Shown piece by piece: positions 1 to 9,305 of a DNA stretch of 59,862 nucleotides. Position 1 is the stretch's first letter; the number at the start of each line of letters is the position of its first letter. The DNA comes from a virus (taxonomy: Duplodnaviria; Caudoviricetes). The DNA lies in IMG/VR virus record IMGVR_UViG_3300036841_000201, positions 1 to 59,862 of that record, one strand, 5' to 3'. The notes below the pieces were generated by a model. The model was not told the DNA's origin, did no database searches, and saw nothing but the letters and a program-made list of their open reading frames with translations. The position numbers and the translations under genes are program-made.

Positions 1-127
1 CCGCAAGTACGGCCGCGCCGGGTTCGCCGCGCTCGGTGCCGCCGGCCGTGCTCGCAGCGCTGGCAAGCGGATGACCAAGCGTGCGCTGTCCCGCGGCGCA
101 TATTGACGTCCCTCAACCCTGAGGGCG
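1..127. repeat. 127-bp terminal overlap (identical to 59736-59862); circular contig
   Basis: The first 127 nt are repeated exactly at the end of the window, and gene order is continuous across the junction. Confidence 0.95.
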
Positions 128-148
128 ATTCACCAGCAGGAGATTCTG

Positions 149-910
149 ATGACCACACCGGCGGCGCCTGGCGCGCCCGAGGGTGGACAGCCCAGCGGAG
201 ACCAGCCGGCGCCCGGCGCGCAGGACACGGCCCCGCAGCACGACAACACTCCGAAACCCCAACCACCGAAGACCCTCGGCAAGCCCAACCAGGGACAGCA
301 GACGGCGCCCGGCGCGTCCGATGCCAAGCCCGACGGCGAGCCGGCGAAGACGGATGCACAGGATGTCTCGGACCTCCCGGAGTGGGCGCAGAAGGCACTC
401 AAGGAGGCCCGCGCCGAGGCGGGCAAAGCCCGTACGGGCGCGAAGCAGAAGGCCGCCGAAGAGGCCCGCGCCGAGGTCTTCGCCGACATCAAGAAGCGTC
501 TCGGCCTCGACACCGACGGCGAACCGACCGTCGACGACCTGAAGGCCCAACTCGACGAGCGGGACAACCGCATCGCCGAGCTTGAGGCCGGGCAGATGGA
601 GTCGGCCTACCGAGACGTCGTGCGCACGGCCGCAGCAGCCGCGAAGGCGGACGCCGAGGCGCTGCTGGATTCCGCGGGTTTCCAGGAAGCCGTCATGGCC
701 GAACTCGACGACGAATTCACCGACGCTCAGCTGACCGAGGCCGTCGCGAAGGTGGTCAAGGAGTACGCCACGAAGCCGCGTTTCGCCGCGGCTGCCGCCG
801 CACCGGCCCGGTCGGGCGGCGAGATGACCGGAGCGCCAGCCCCCGCCCGGGGCCGGCCCAAGAGCCTCACCCAGGCCCTGAACAGGGCTTACGGCGGGGG
901 CGGTAACTAG
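149..910 (+). CDS. Capsid scaffolding protein
   Basis: Acidic, coiled-coil-like, P/A-rich N-terminus; GGAG RBS; directly upstream of the major capsid gene. Confidence 0.8.
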   Translation: MTTPAAPGAPEGGQPSGDQPAPGAQDTAPQHDNTPKPQPPKTLGKPNQGQQTAPGASDAKPDGEPAKTDAQDVSDLPEWAQKALKEARAEAGKARTGAKQKAAEEARAEVFADIKKRLGLDTDGEPTVDDLKAQLDERDNRIAELEAGQMESAYRDVVRTAAAAAKADAEALLDSAGFQEAVMAELDDEFTDAQLTEAVAKVVKEYATKPRFAAAAAAPARSGGEMTGAPAPARGRPKSLTQALNRAYGGGGN

Positions 911-922
911 GAGAACACACTC

Positions 923-1957
923 ATGCCTGTCACGCTTTCTCAGGCGGCGGTGAACACGCTGAACGATGTCGACTTCAGCGTGATCGACAACCTGCGCCGT
1001 TACTCGTGGCTGATGGACCAGATGGTCTGGGATGACTGCGTCAACCCGGCCGGCGGCGGGTCGACCCTGACCTACGGGTACACCCGCCTGACCAACGCTG
1101 TAGGCGCGGCGTTCCGCGCGCTGAACACCGAGTACACGCCCGGCCAGGCGGGCAGGTCGCGGTTCACCGTGGACCTGAAGCCGTTCGGTGGCGCGTTCAA
1201 CATTGACCGTGTGCTGTCGAACCTGGGTCCGACGGCCACCAATGAGATCTCGTTCCAGATGCAGCAGTTGCTCATCGGCACGAAGATCCGTTTCCAGCAG
1301 GAGTTGATCCTCGGCGACACCGCCGTGGACGGCAACGGCTTCGACGGGCTGTCCAAGAGCCTCACCGGGCAGTCGACGGAGAAGAGCGCCGGCTACACAG
1401 TCGCGGCCGCCTCCGACTGGACCGCTGGCACGGTCGACACCCAGGCCGAGGCGATGGCACGGCTGGACGAGCTGGACGACTGGCTGTCGCTGATCGTCCC
1501 GTCGCACACCGGCTCGGGCGACAACGGGCAGCCGGGCGCGCTTCCGCCGGGCCAGAAGGCCATCATCGGCAACACCAAGGTCATCGCCCGGCTGCGGGCG
1601 CTGGCGCGGTGGGCGTCGATGTTCACCAGCGAGAAGGACGACCTCGGCCGCCAGATCATGAAGTACGGCGACTGGTACGTCATGGACATCGGCGACCGTG
1701 CCGATGGGTCCGCGCCGATCATCCCGAATTCGGTGATCTCGGGACCCAAGACCGTCACGGACCTGTACGCGGTTACGTTCGGGCTCGACGCCTTCCACGG
1801 TGTCAGCGTCTCCGGCTCCGGCATGATCAAGACCTGGCTGCCGGACTTCACCACCGCAGGTGCCGTCAAGACCGGTGAAGTCGAGATGGGCCCGATCGCG
1901 TGCGTGCTGAAGAACACCAAGTCGGCGGGCGTGCTCCGCCAGGTCCAGGTGGCGTAA
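923..1957 (+). CDS. Major capsid protein
   Basis: 344 aa; MPVTLSQA start, FRALNTEY and NGFDGL motifs typical of actinophage capsids; position. Confidence 0.85.
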   Translation: MPVTLSQAAVNTLNDVDFSVIDNLRRYSWLMDQMVWDDCVNPAGGGSTLTYGYTRLTNAVGAAFRALNTEYTPGQAGRSRFTVDLKPFGGAFNIDRVLSNLGPTATNEISFQMQQLLIGTKIRFQQELILGDTAVDGNGFDGLSKSLTGQSTEKSAGYTVAAASDWTAGTVDTQAEAMARLDELDDWLSLIVPSHTGSGDNGQPGALPPGQKAIIGNTKVIARLRALARWASMFTSEKDDLGRQIMKYGDWYVMDIGDRADGSAPIIPNSVISGPKTVTDLYAVTFGLDAFHGVSVSGSGMIKTWLPDFTTAGAVKTGEVEMGPIACVLKNTKSAGVLRQVQVA

Positions 1958-2302
1958 ATGGCGACCTTCAACGTCACCACCCCAAACCAGGGCTACAGCG
2001 GCCCGGTCGGGGCGGTCCAGTTCCACGACGGTCACGCGGTCATCGACGGCGACCGTTACCCGGCGGAGTTGGCCTACTGCCGCGGCGCCGGCTACCACGT
2101 CGAAGAGATCGACACTGCGCCGCCGCTGCCGCCTGGGCCCTTCGACCCGTCCAGGCATAACGCCGATGAGGTGCTCGCCTATCTCGGCGACGCCGACGAG
2201 GCCGACGCCCTGCGCGTCCTGGACGCCGAGGTCGAAGGCAAGAACCGCAAGGGGATCACCGGCCAGCGTGACGCGATCCTCGCGAGCAAGAAGGGTCAGT
2301 AA
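1958..2302 (+). CDS. Hypothetical virion-associated protein
   Basis: Abuts the capsid gene; GC3-biased codons. Confidence 0.6.
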   Translation: MATFNVTTPNQGYSGPVGAVQFHDGHAVIDGDRYPAELAYCRGAGYHVEEIDTAPPLPPGPFDPSRHNADEVLAYLGDADEADALRVLDAEVEGKNRKGITGQRDAILASKKGQ

Positions 2303-2865
2303 TGCAACTCGGCCAGTACACGGGCAACACCCGGGATGCCCTCGGCTACCTGAACGCGCAAGCGCCGACCGTCGGCACCTTCGGCCGCTCCAACCTGCCG
2401 CGGGCGGGCCTGGATGACGTCGCCGCCCTCGCCACCGGCGTGATGACGTCAGTGCCGATCTTCCTGGCGGCCGGGGACGTGGTTACGAACCTGACGTTCA
2501 TTTCCGGCGCGACCGCGGCCGACACGCCACTGAACTGGTGGTTCGCGCTGTACAGCAACGCGGCCACCCCGGCGCTGCTCGCCCAGACCGCGGACCAGAC
2601 CACTGGTGCGTGGGCGGCCGAGACGGTCAAGACCGTCGCCCTGTCGGCCGCGCAGACGATCTCGACCACCGGGGTCTACTGGGCGGCCGTGATGGTGAAG
2701 GCGACCGCGACGCCATCGCTGGTGGGCTGCTCGGCGGCCAAGCCGGTACTCACCGGGGAGCGGAACTTGGCGCAGCGGTCCGGTTCGACTCTGACCACCA
2801 CGGCGCCGGCCACGATCGCCTCGCCGACGGTGAACCGGCTCACCCCGCTGGCGATCGCGAGCTGA
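2302..2865 (+). CDS. Putative head decoration/structural protein
   Basis: A/T-rich beta-type composition; translationally coupled; structural module. Confidence 0.5.
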   Translation: MQLGQYTGNTRDALGYLNAQAPTVGTFGRSNLPRAGLDDVAALATGVMTSVPIFLAAGDVVTNLTFISGATAADTPLNWWFALYSNAATPALLAQTADQTTGAWAAETVKTVALSAAQTISTTGVYWAAVMVKATATPSLVGCSAAKPVLTGERNLAQRSGSTLTTTAPATIASPTVNRLTPLAIAS

Positions 2866-2868
2866 ACC

Positions 2869-3291
2869 GTGGCGACGTACGCGACGGTCGAGGAGCTCAC
2901 TGGCGTTGACGGGCCGCTCGACTACACCCCCGTCAACGCCCAGCAGCTCCTCGACCGCGCGTCGCGTGACGTCCGCCGCGCCACCAAGTGCGCGACCTAC
3001 GACGTCGACGGGGACGACCTCCCGACCGATCCGGTCGTGCTGGCGGCGATGAAGGCGGCCACTCTCGAGCAGGTCTGTTTCAACCTGACCGCGGGTAATT
3101 CGGAAGGCATCCGGCACGGCCTCCAGTCCGGGGTGCCGTCGAGCACTTCGGCCGGTGAGATCGACCTGTCCCGCGGCCAGTCCGTCGGCGGCGCCACGTC
3201 GGGGCTGTCGTGGCTGGGTGATCAGCCTTTCGAGATCCTCCAAGAGGCCGGCCTGACCGGGCAGGCCCCATACACATATCTGATGCCGTGA
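2869..3291 (+). CDS. Head-to-tail adaptor
   Basis: YATVEEL...LLDRAS...KAATLEQ pattern; position. Confidence 0.7.
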   Translation: MATYATVEELTGVDGPLDYTPVNAQQLLDRASRDVRRATKCATYDVDGDDLPTDPVVLAAMKAATLEQVCFNLTAGNSEGIRHGLQSGVPSSTSAGEIDLSRGQSVGGATSGLSWLGDQPFEILQEAGLTGQAPYTYLMP

Positions 3292-3824
3292 CCCGCAGGG
3301 ACGTGCGGACCGGCATCGCGGAGCACTTCGGCGGTTCGACGTTCGACGACGGCGACCAGGTGTACCGGCCCACCCCGCTGGCCGCGCAGGGTTTGGCCGG
3401 CGTCGCTCCGTACTTCCAGGAGCGGTTCCGCGACGAAGTTATCGCTATTAAGGGCCTCGCCGACGGTCGAGGTCGGGGCGCCGTGATGTGCGTGCACATC
3501 GGCCAGACCAAGGAGACGCGCCACTCGACCGGCGGGATCTTCAAGGTTCCGTACGCGATCCAGCTGTACGTGTGGCACCTGTCGCTGGTCCCGACCGTGC
3601 AGGACGCCCAAGCGGACCGGGATGACCTCGTCGAGGCGATTATCGCGCGCATCCACGCCGATCCGACCCTCGGCGGAACGGTGGTGCAGGCCGGCGAGGG
3701 AGTGGACGGGATCGATATCAGCACCCCGCCGCCGGTGATCGAGCCGTCGACGTCGACGCGCGTCCGTCAGGACACGGTGATCTCCTTCGCCGCCGAGCTT
3801 TACCCGTTCCAGCCGAACATGTGA
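3288..3824 (+). CDS. Putative tail terminator/completion protein
   Basis: IHADPTLGGTV motif; position before the tail tube gene. Confidence 0.55.
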   Translation: MTRRDVRTGIAEHFGGSTFDDGDQVYRPTPLAAQGLAGVAPYFQERFRDEVIAIKGLADGRGRGAVMCVHIGQTKETRHSTGGIFKVPYAIQLYVWHLSLVPTVQDAQADRDDLVEAIIARIHADPTLGGTVVQAGEGVDGIDISTPPPVIEPSTSTRVRQDTVISFAAELYPFQPNM

Positions 3825-4108
3825 GGCCAGACGTGCCCCGATACATCTTCCAGGGCGATCACGAGCAGACCTACCCGCAGTACCTCGACGTGGCCAAGGG
3901 GTCGACCCTGGTCGCCGAGCCCGGCCAGGCGTACGAGATCGCGCAGGCCGAGGGCCTGACCGTCCCGGGCGAGCCCGACGAGGACGGGGGCACGCAGCCG
4001 GTCGAGGTCGCGCTTGCGATGCCGCCCGATGGGCGATGGACGGCTGAGCAGTCGCGTACGCGCGCGGGCCGCCGCGACACCACCACCGACACCACAGGGG
4101 AGTCCTGA
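3821..4108 (+). CDS. Hypothetical protein
   Basis: Small ORF filling the gap before the major tail gene; start may be GTG 3833. Confidence 0.55.
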   Translation: MRPDVPRYIFQGDHEQTYPQYLDVAKGSTLVAEPGQAYEIAQAEGLTVPGEPDEDGGTQPVEVALAMPPDGRWTAEQSRTRAGRRDTTTDTTGES

Positions 4109-4111
4109 CCG

Positions 4112-5110
4112 ATGCCTACCCCCGCCGTCTACCCGTCCGCGCTGAGCTTCCTCGGCCTCGGCAAAGAAAGCACCGCCGGGACCGCGGTCGTGCCGACGCA
4201 CTACATGCCGTGGACCGAGTTCAAGCCGGCCCCGAACGTCGAGCTCCTGGCCGACGAGGGGATGCGCGGCACCATGAGCGCGGTGCACGGCGCCGTCATG
4301 GGCAAGCACTATTCGGAGCTGGAGCTGTCCGGCCCCCCGTTCAGCGACAGCTTCGGGCACCTGCTGTACAACGCTCTCGGCGGGTACGCGGTGACCGGCG
4401 CGGGCCCGTACTCGCACACGTTCTCCCTGCTCAACACTGGCACCGGCCAGCCGATAACCCACACGATCACCGACCGGCAGGGCATCACCGCGAGCACGGG
4501 CGCCCGCGTGTACCCGTACGCGTGCCTCAGCGAACTCACCCTGAAGGGCAACGCCGCCGAACTGCTCGAGTTCGACAGCAAATGGACCGCCTCCGCCTCG
4601 GCGGCGGCCGGCGCGGGTCCGACGAACTCCCCGCCGTCGACGACGGTCACGCCGGCGTGGCGGTCCTCGGTGTCCCTCGGCGGCACGGCCTCACCTACGG
4701 TGCTCGAGTGGGAAGTGACCATCAAGCGTGAGTTGCAGGTCGACCTCACCGCCGACGGCACGCAAGCCCCGTGGGTGATCGGCCGCGGCCCCGTGTCCGT
4801 CGAGGGCAAGTTGACCGTGCGCGCGAGCGACGCCGCACCCATGGCCGCTGAAGGCCCGCACACCACCTTGATCGCCGGTACGCAGCAGGCGCTCGTCATC
4901 GCCGTCGCGGACAACCTCGGCGGGACCTCGGGGCACTCGCTGACCTTGACGATGACGAAAGCCCAGTTCAGCAAGGTCGAGTTGACCCGCGACACGATGA
5001 TCGGCTGGGAGATCGAGTTCGTCGGCATCGGCAACACGACCGACGCGGGCGCCTCCGGCGGCGACGCACCCATCAAGGCCGTGCTCGTCAACGCCGTCAC
5101 CACCTACTGA
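4112..5110 (+). CDS. Major tail (tube) protein
   Basis: LGLGKESTAGTAV N-terminus, LVNAVTTY C-terminus; 332 aa; precedes chaperones and tape measure. Confidence 0.8.
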   Translation: MPTPAVYPSALSFLGLGKESTAGTAVVPTHYMPWTEFKPAPNVELLADEGMRGTMSAVHGAVMGKHYSELELSGPPFSDSFGHLLYNALGGYAVTGAGPYSHTFSLLNTGTGQPITHTITDRQGITASTGARVYPYACLSELTLKGNAAELLEFDSKWTASASAAAGAGPTNSPPSTTVTPAWRSSVSLGGTASPTVLEWEVTIKRELQVDLTADGTQAPWVIGRGPVSVEGKLTVRASDAAPMAAEGPHTTLIAGTQQALVIAVADNLGGTSGHSLTLTMTKAQFSKVELTRDTMIGWEIEFVGIGNTTDAGASGGDAPIKAVLVNAVTTY

Positions 5111-5125
5111 GCCACGGAGCATCCC

Positions 5126-5566
5126 ATGCAGACCACGCGCGTTGACCTGCCCGGCGCCCAGTGGGCCACGATCCGCACCGCCGATTCGCTCAAGCGCGGC
5201 GACCAGCGCGCTGTCCGGAAGGCCGCACTGATCGACGTCGACCCCCAGGAAGACGAGACCGCGCGCATTCAGGTGTCCCAGGGCATCGAGGACGACATGC
5301 GCGACGCCCTGATCGCGCGGCTCATCACCGAATGGTCACTCGACCTTCCGCTGCCGGTCGCGCGGCCCGACATCCTCGACGAGCTCGACCTGGCGACCTA
5401 CGACGCGCTGCATGACGCGACCGAGGAGCACTGGCGGCGCCTGGATTTCAAGCGAAAGGCCTCGACGAGCTCGAACTCCTCCGGCTCAAGAACGCGCTCG
5501 GCCCCCAACGGTCACGCCAACGGACACGCCAGCAACAGCCTTCCCGCCGGAGTCTCGACGCCCTGA
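5126..5566 (+). CDS. Tail assembly chaperone (gpG-like)
   Basis: Lies between tail tube and tape measure; ITEWSLD motif. Confidence 0.75.
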   Translation: MQTTRVDLPGAQWATIRTADSLKRGDQRAVRKAALIDVDPQEDETARIQVSQGIEDDMRDALIARLITEWSLDLPLPVARPDILDELDLATYDALHDATEEHWRRLDFKRKASTSSNSSGSRTRSAPNGHANGHASNSLPAGVSTP

Positions 5567-5724
5567 TCTACGTCCAGTACGCCCGAGCTTTCGGCTGGAC
5601 GCCCGATCAGGTTGACGCGCTTCCCCTCCACATCGAGCCGCTTCTGCTGCCGGTCAATGGCCTGATCGAGGAGGTGCACGCCGATGCCGTCCGACGTGCA
5701 AGCTCTCGTACGGGCCCTGGATAG
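5443..5724 (+). CDS. Tail assembly chaperone -1 frameshift extension (gpGT-like)
   Basis: The -1 frame after GGATTTC/GCGAAAG reads GLDELELLRLKNAL...YARAFGWTPDQVDALP...TAG at 5722-5724. Confidence 0.65.
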   Translation, partial: GFQAKGLDELELLRLKNALGPQRSRQRTRQQQPSRRSLDALIYVQYARAFGWTPDQVDALPLHIEPLLLPVNGLIEEVHADAVRRASSRTGPG

Positions 5725-6127
5725 CCTCGCCGCTCAGGCTGAGGGTCCCGGCGCGCGCGCCGGGGTGCTGGCGATGGCCGACGTAGGCCATCAGGAGATC
5801 ACCCGGCAACTCACCCTGCGCTCGCACGCGCCTGGCACGCCGTCGCCGTCCCCGGCAGGGCAGCCACCGGCGCGGATCACGAGCGCCCTGGTGCGGTCGC
5901 TGGTGGCGACGCAGCCCGTCCCGTCCGGTCCCGCGCAGTGGTCGGTGCGGGTCGGTCCGACGTCGGTGTACGGGCGCATCCACGAGCGCGGCGGGGTGAC
6001 CGGCAGGAACCACGCCACGACCCTCCCGCCGAGGCCTTACCTGCTGCCGGCCGCGGTCGCACTGAACGCCTCCGGGCGCGCGCGTGAGGCCGGGGAACAC
6101 GCGTTCCGCCGAGAGCTGGGGCTCTGA
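5684..6127 (+). CDS. HK97 gp10-like tail/neck protein
   Basis: VGPTSVYGRIHERGG...LPPRPYL motif. Confidence 0.65.
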   Translation: MPSDVQALVRALDSLAAQAEGPGARAGVLAMADVGHQEITRQLTLRSHAPGTPSPSPAGQPPARITSALVRSLVATQPVPSGPAQWSVRVGPTSVYGRIHERGGVTGRNHATTLPPRPYLLPAAVALNASGRAREAGEHAFRRELGL

Positions 6128-8593
6128 GTGGCCGGCGCCGTCCCCGACGTCGTCACCCGCTTCGTCGCCGACGTCCTCCCGTGGGTGCGCAACGTCCGGC
6201 GCGCCTCCAATGAGACGGAACAGTTCGGCCAGGAGAACGCCAAGGCTGCGCTGGCGGCAAGGCGGATGGGGCTAGCCGCGAAGGAAGCCGCAGAGAAGGC
6301 CGCCCGCGCACAAGCCCTCGCCGCCGAGGCCGCAGAGCGGCTGAAGAAAGAGGAGATCGACGCGGCCGAGGCCGCCGAGATCGCCGCGCGCGCGGAACGC
6401 GCCGTGGAGAAGGCGTCCATCGCCGAGGCGGCGGCACAGATCGCGGCGGCCGAGGCTGCGGACGAGCACGCCGACCAGCTCCGCGACGTGGCCGTTACCC
6501 AGCGCGCCACCAGCGGCAGCACCCGGAACCTGATCTCCGGGTTGCGCGGGTTCATGGGGACGCTGCTGCGGCTCAACCTGATGGGCGCCGCCTTCGCCAC
6601 CGTCGCCGCCGGCGCGGCGTCCTCGGTCATGCCGGTGATGAGCCTTGTCAACGCCCTGGCGCCTGCAGCAGGCCTGTTCGCATCCGCCCCGGCCGCGGTG
6701 CTGGGTCTGGCGGCCGCGCTGGTGACCCTGACCGGCGTCATGCCCGCGCTCAAGCGCGAACTGTCGGCCCTGAAACCCATGTGGGACCGGGCCGCGAAGG
6801 CCGCTCAGGGTGCGTTCAGCGCGCAGATCCACGGGCAGGTCAAGGCGCTCGCCCGCGAGCTCGGCGGGCCGCTACGGGCCGGAATGAGCCAGGTCGGCGC
6901 CGCCCTCGGCGTGATGACCCGCCGCGTGATCGAGTTCGCGCGGTCGTCGGAGTCCGTCAAGGCCGTACGGACGATCTTCGGGTCCGTCGCCAACGCCATG
7001 CTGAAGCTCAGCCCGGCGATCCGGCCGCTGCTGAACGGCATCCGCGACCTCGCCGTGGCCGGCTCCGGTGCGCTCGGACAGTTCGGTGCAGCTGCAGGAC
7101 GGGCGCTGTCGATCTTCGGTGCGTGGATGTCCCGGCTGGCCGCCTCCGGGCGGGTCGCGAACATCATCAACGTCGCGGTCGGCGTGCTCCGACAACTTGG
7201 GTCGATCGCGAAGAACGTCGGCAGCATTCTGGGCAGCGTCTTCGGCGCTGCGGCGGTCTCCGGCGGCGGTTTGCTCGGCACGCTGATCCGCCTGACCGGC
7301 CAGGCCGCTGCGTTCCTCAAGTCCGCCGAGGGCGCCAAAGTCCTGCGGTCGATCTTCGCGGGCCTGTCCGGCGTCGGCAAAGCCCTCGGCCCCGTGATCA
7401 TCTCCCTGCTCAAAGGCATAGGCACCATCGCCCCTGCGATCGGTCGTATCGCGACCGCCGCCGGCCCCGTACTGACCACGGCGATCAACGCCCTGGCGCC
7501 CGCGCTGGCCGCGCTCGAACCCGGAATCACCGCGCTGGTCAAAGGCCTCGGACAGGGCATAGCCAAGATCGCGAAGAGTGGCGCGCTGACGACACTCGCG
7601 AAGGCCCTGTCTGGCATCGCTATCGCCGCGGCACCGATCCTGCCGGTGCTCGGACAGCTGATCGCGAGCCTGATCACTTCCCTGGCGCCACACCTGCCTG
7701 CCCTGACAGCCGCGATAGGGCAACTGGTCCTCTCACTGCTTCCGCTGGTCCCGCCGATCACGCAGGTAGTGATCGCGGCCCTGCCGATGATCCCGGTCAT
7801 CACCCAGATCATCCAGATCGCCGCCCAGTTGGCGACCGCGGTCCTGCCCATGCTGCAAGGGCAGCTCATGCTCAACGTCTACGCGATGAAGTTCCTGGTG
7901 TTCATCGCGAAGGCCTCGTGGACCGGCATTCTGGCGATCGTCAAGGTCGCGGTCGCGGTGATCAAGGCCGTGATCGGATGGTTCGCCTCGCTGCCTGACA
8001 AGTTCAGGGACTGGTTCGGGCGTGCCAAGACAGCGGTCACACAACAGTTCACTCACATGGTCGCCGCAGCCAAGCAACTCCCTGGCAAGATCAAAAGCGC
8101 TGTCGGGAACCTCGGTCATCTGCTGTGGGATGCAGGTCGCAAGGTGGTCCAGGGCATCATCGACGGCATCCGGTCCATGCTCGGCTCGCTCGGGTCGACC
8201 GCCTCGAGCGTCGCCAGCACGATCCGCGCATACCTCCCGTTCAGCCCGGCCAAGCGCGGCCCGCTGTCCGGGAACGGAGCACCGGAGGTGTCCGGCCGGC
8301 GGATATCGGAGAACCTCGCGGCCGGCATCGTGCGCGCCCGCGGCGTCGTCGGCGCGGCGATGAACGTCTTGGCCGCCCAGGTGTCTGGCGGCATCGGCCC
8401 GTCCTTCGCTATCGCTGGCGCCGTCGGCACGCGGGGTGGCGGCGGCGCCACGATCGTCAACAACGTCACCCACGTGCACGTGGCCGGCTCCGTGCTGTCC
8501 GAGCGGCAGCTGGTCAACGTCGTGCAAGAGCACGTGCTGCGCCGAAACGCGCGTAACCCATCCAACATGCTCGGCCTCCCGACGGGCCGATGA
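6128..8593 (+). CDS. Tape measure protein
   Basis: 821 aa, Ala/Gly/Leu-rich helical repeats, LPFSPAKRGPLSG C-terminal motif. Confidence 0.9.
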   Translation: MAGAVPDVVTRFVADVLPWVRNVRRASNETEQFGQENAKAALAARRMGLAAKEAAEKAARAQALAAEAAERLKKEEIDAAEAAEIAARAERAVEKASIAEAAAQIAAAEAADEHADQLRDVAVTQRATSGSTRNLISGLRGFMGTLLRLNLMGAAFATVAAGAASSVMPVMSLVNALAPAAGLFASAPAAVLGLAAALVTLTGVMPALKRELSALKPMWDRAAKAAQGAFSAQIHGQVKALARELGGPLRAGMSQVGAALGVMTRRVIEFARSSESVKAVRTIFGSVANAMLKLSPAIRPLLNGIRDLAVAGSGALGQFGAAAGRALSIFGAWMSRLAASGRVANIINVAVGVLRQLGSIAKNVGSILGSVFGAAAVSGGGLLGTLIRLTGQAAAFLKSAEGAKVLRSIFAGLSGVGKALGPVIISLLKGIGTIAPAIGRIATAAGPVLTTAINALAPALAALEPGITALVKGLGQGIAKIAKSGALTTLAKALSGIAIAAAPILPVLGQLIASLITSLAPHLPALTAAIGQLVLSLLPLVPPITQVVIAALPMIPVITQIIQIAAQLATAVLPMLQGQLMLNVYAMKFLVFIAKASWTGILAIVKVAVAVIKAVIGWFASLPDKFRDWFGRAKTAVTQQFTHMVAAAKQLPGKIKSAVGNLGHLLWDAGRKVVQGIIDGIRSMLGSLGSTASSVASTIRAYLPFSPAKRGPLSGNGAPEVSGRRISENLAAGIVRARGVVGAAMNVLAAQVSGGIGPSFAIAGAVGTRGGGGATIVNNVTHVHVAGSVLSERQLVNVVQEHVLRRNARNPSNMLGLPTGR

Positions 8594-8835
8594 GCGGGGG
8601 AGTGATGGCTGAAGGAACCCCGATCGATCGGGACAAGCTGCTGAGCGTCGGAGTGCTCCGCGGCGGCCGCACACGCCCTCGCGTACGCGAGGGCCGTGAC
8701 GAGGCCGGCGAGCGGTACAAGGCGACCACCGACGAACTCGGCAACACGGTGACCGAGCGGGCCGGCGACCGGCAGGACGTGACCATCAAGGCGCAGACCG
8801 TCGGGGCGCGCACCACGATCAACGGGGAGGGCTGA
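8590..8835 (+). CDS. Hypothetical protein
   Basis: Small coupled ORF in the tail module. Confidence 0.55.
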   Translation: MSGGVMAEGTPIDRDKLLSVGVLRGGRTRPRVREGRDEAGERYKATTDELGNTVTERAGDRQDVTIKAQTVGARTTINGEG

Positions 8836-8836
8836 G

Positions 8837-9298
8837 GTGGCGTTCACGGTTTCGGGGCTGTTCTGCCAGACCTTCATCGACGCGATCGACCCGACCGGGT
8901 TGGCGCTCGACCTGACCGCCACCAGCCACAAAGTGGCCTTGTTCACCAACTCAGTGACACCGGACTACTCGGCGACCTCCCCGGTGCCTGCGTACGGCGT
9001 CAGCCCATGGAACGCCAACGAGAACAGCGGCACCGGCTACACCGCTGGCGGGGTGGCGATCGGCGCCACACCTACCCTCGTCGTCTCGTCGGGAACGATT
9101 GTGTGGGACGGCCCTGACGTGCAGTGGTTGACCTCCACGATCACTAACGCCCGCGGGTGCCTGATCTACGCTGACGCGCTCGCGGGCGACAACGCCATCG
9201 TCGCGGTCACGTTCGGCGCGGACTACAGCACGAGCGTAGGAACCTTCGCCATCCAATGGGCCGCAGGTGGGATCGCCACCCTCGACATGACGCCGTAG
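8837..9298 (+). CDS. Minor tail protein
   Basis: KVALF...GTGYTAGG...WAAGGI pattern common in actinophage tail genes. Confidence 0.65.
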   Translation: MAFTVSGLFCQTFIDAIDPTGLALDLTATSHKVALFTNSVTPDYSATSPVPAYGVSPWNANENSGTGYTAGGVAIGATPTLVVSSGTIVWDGPDVQWLTSTITNARGCLIYADALAGDNAIVAVTFGADYSTSVGTFAIQWAAGGIATLDMTP

Positions 9299-9305
9299 GC
9301 GCCCG

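Noticed and set aside
1-127. Biological terminal repeat
   Set aside because: 127 nt equals a common assembler k-mer size and the overlap cuts through a gene, so it is most likely a circularisation artefact.
113-2158. Long antisense and off-frame ORFs (e.g. 113-2158, 24963-26765, 55880-57592)
   Set aside because: These are shadow ORFs from high GC3 bias, lying opposite well-supported genes, with no recognisable motifs.
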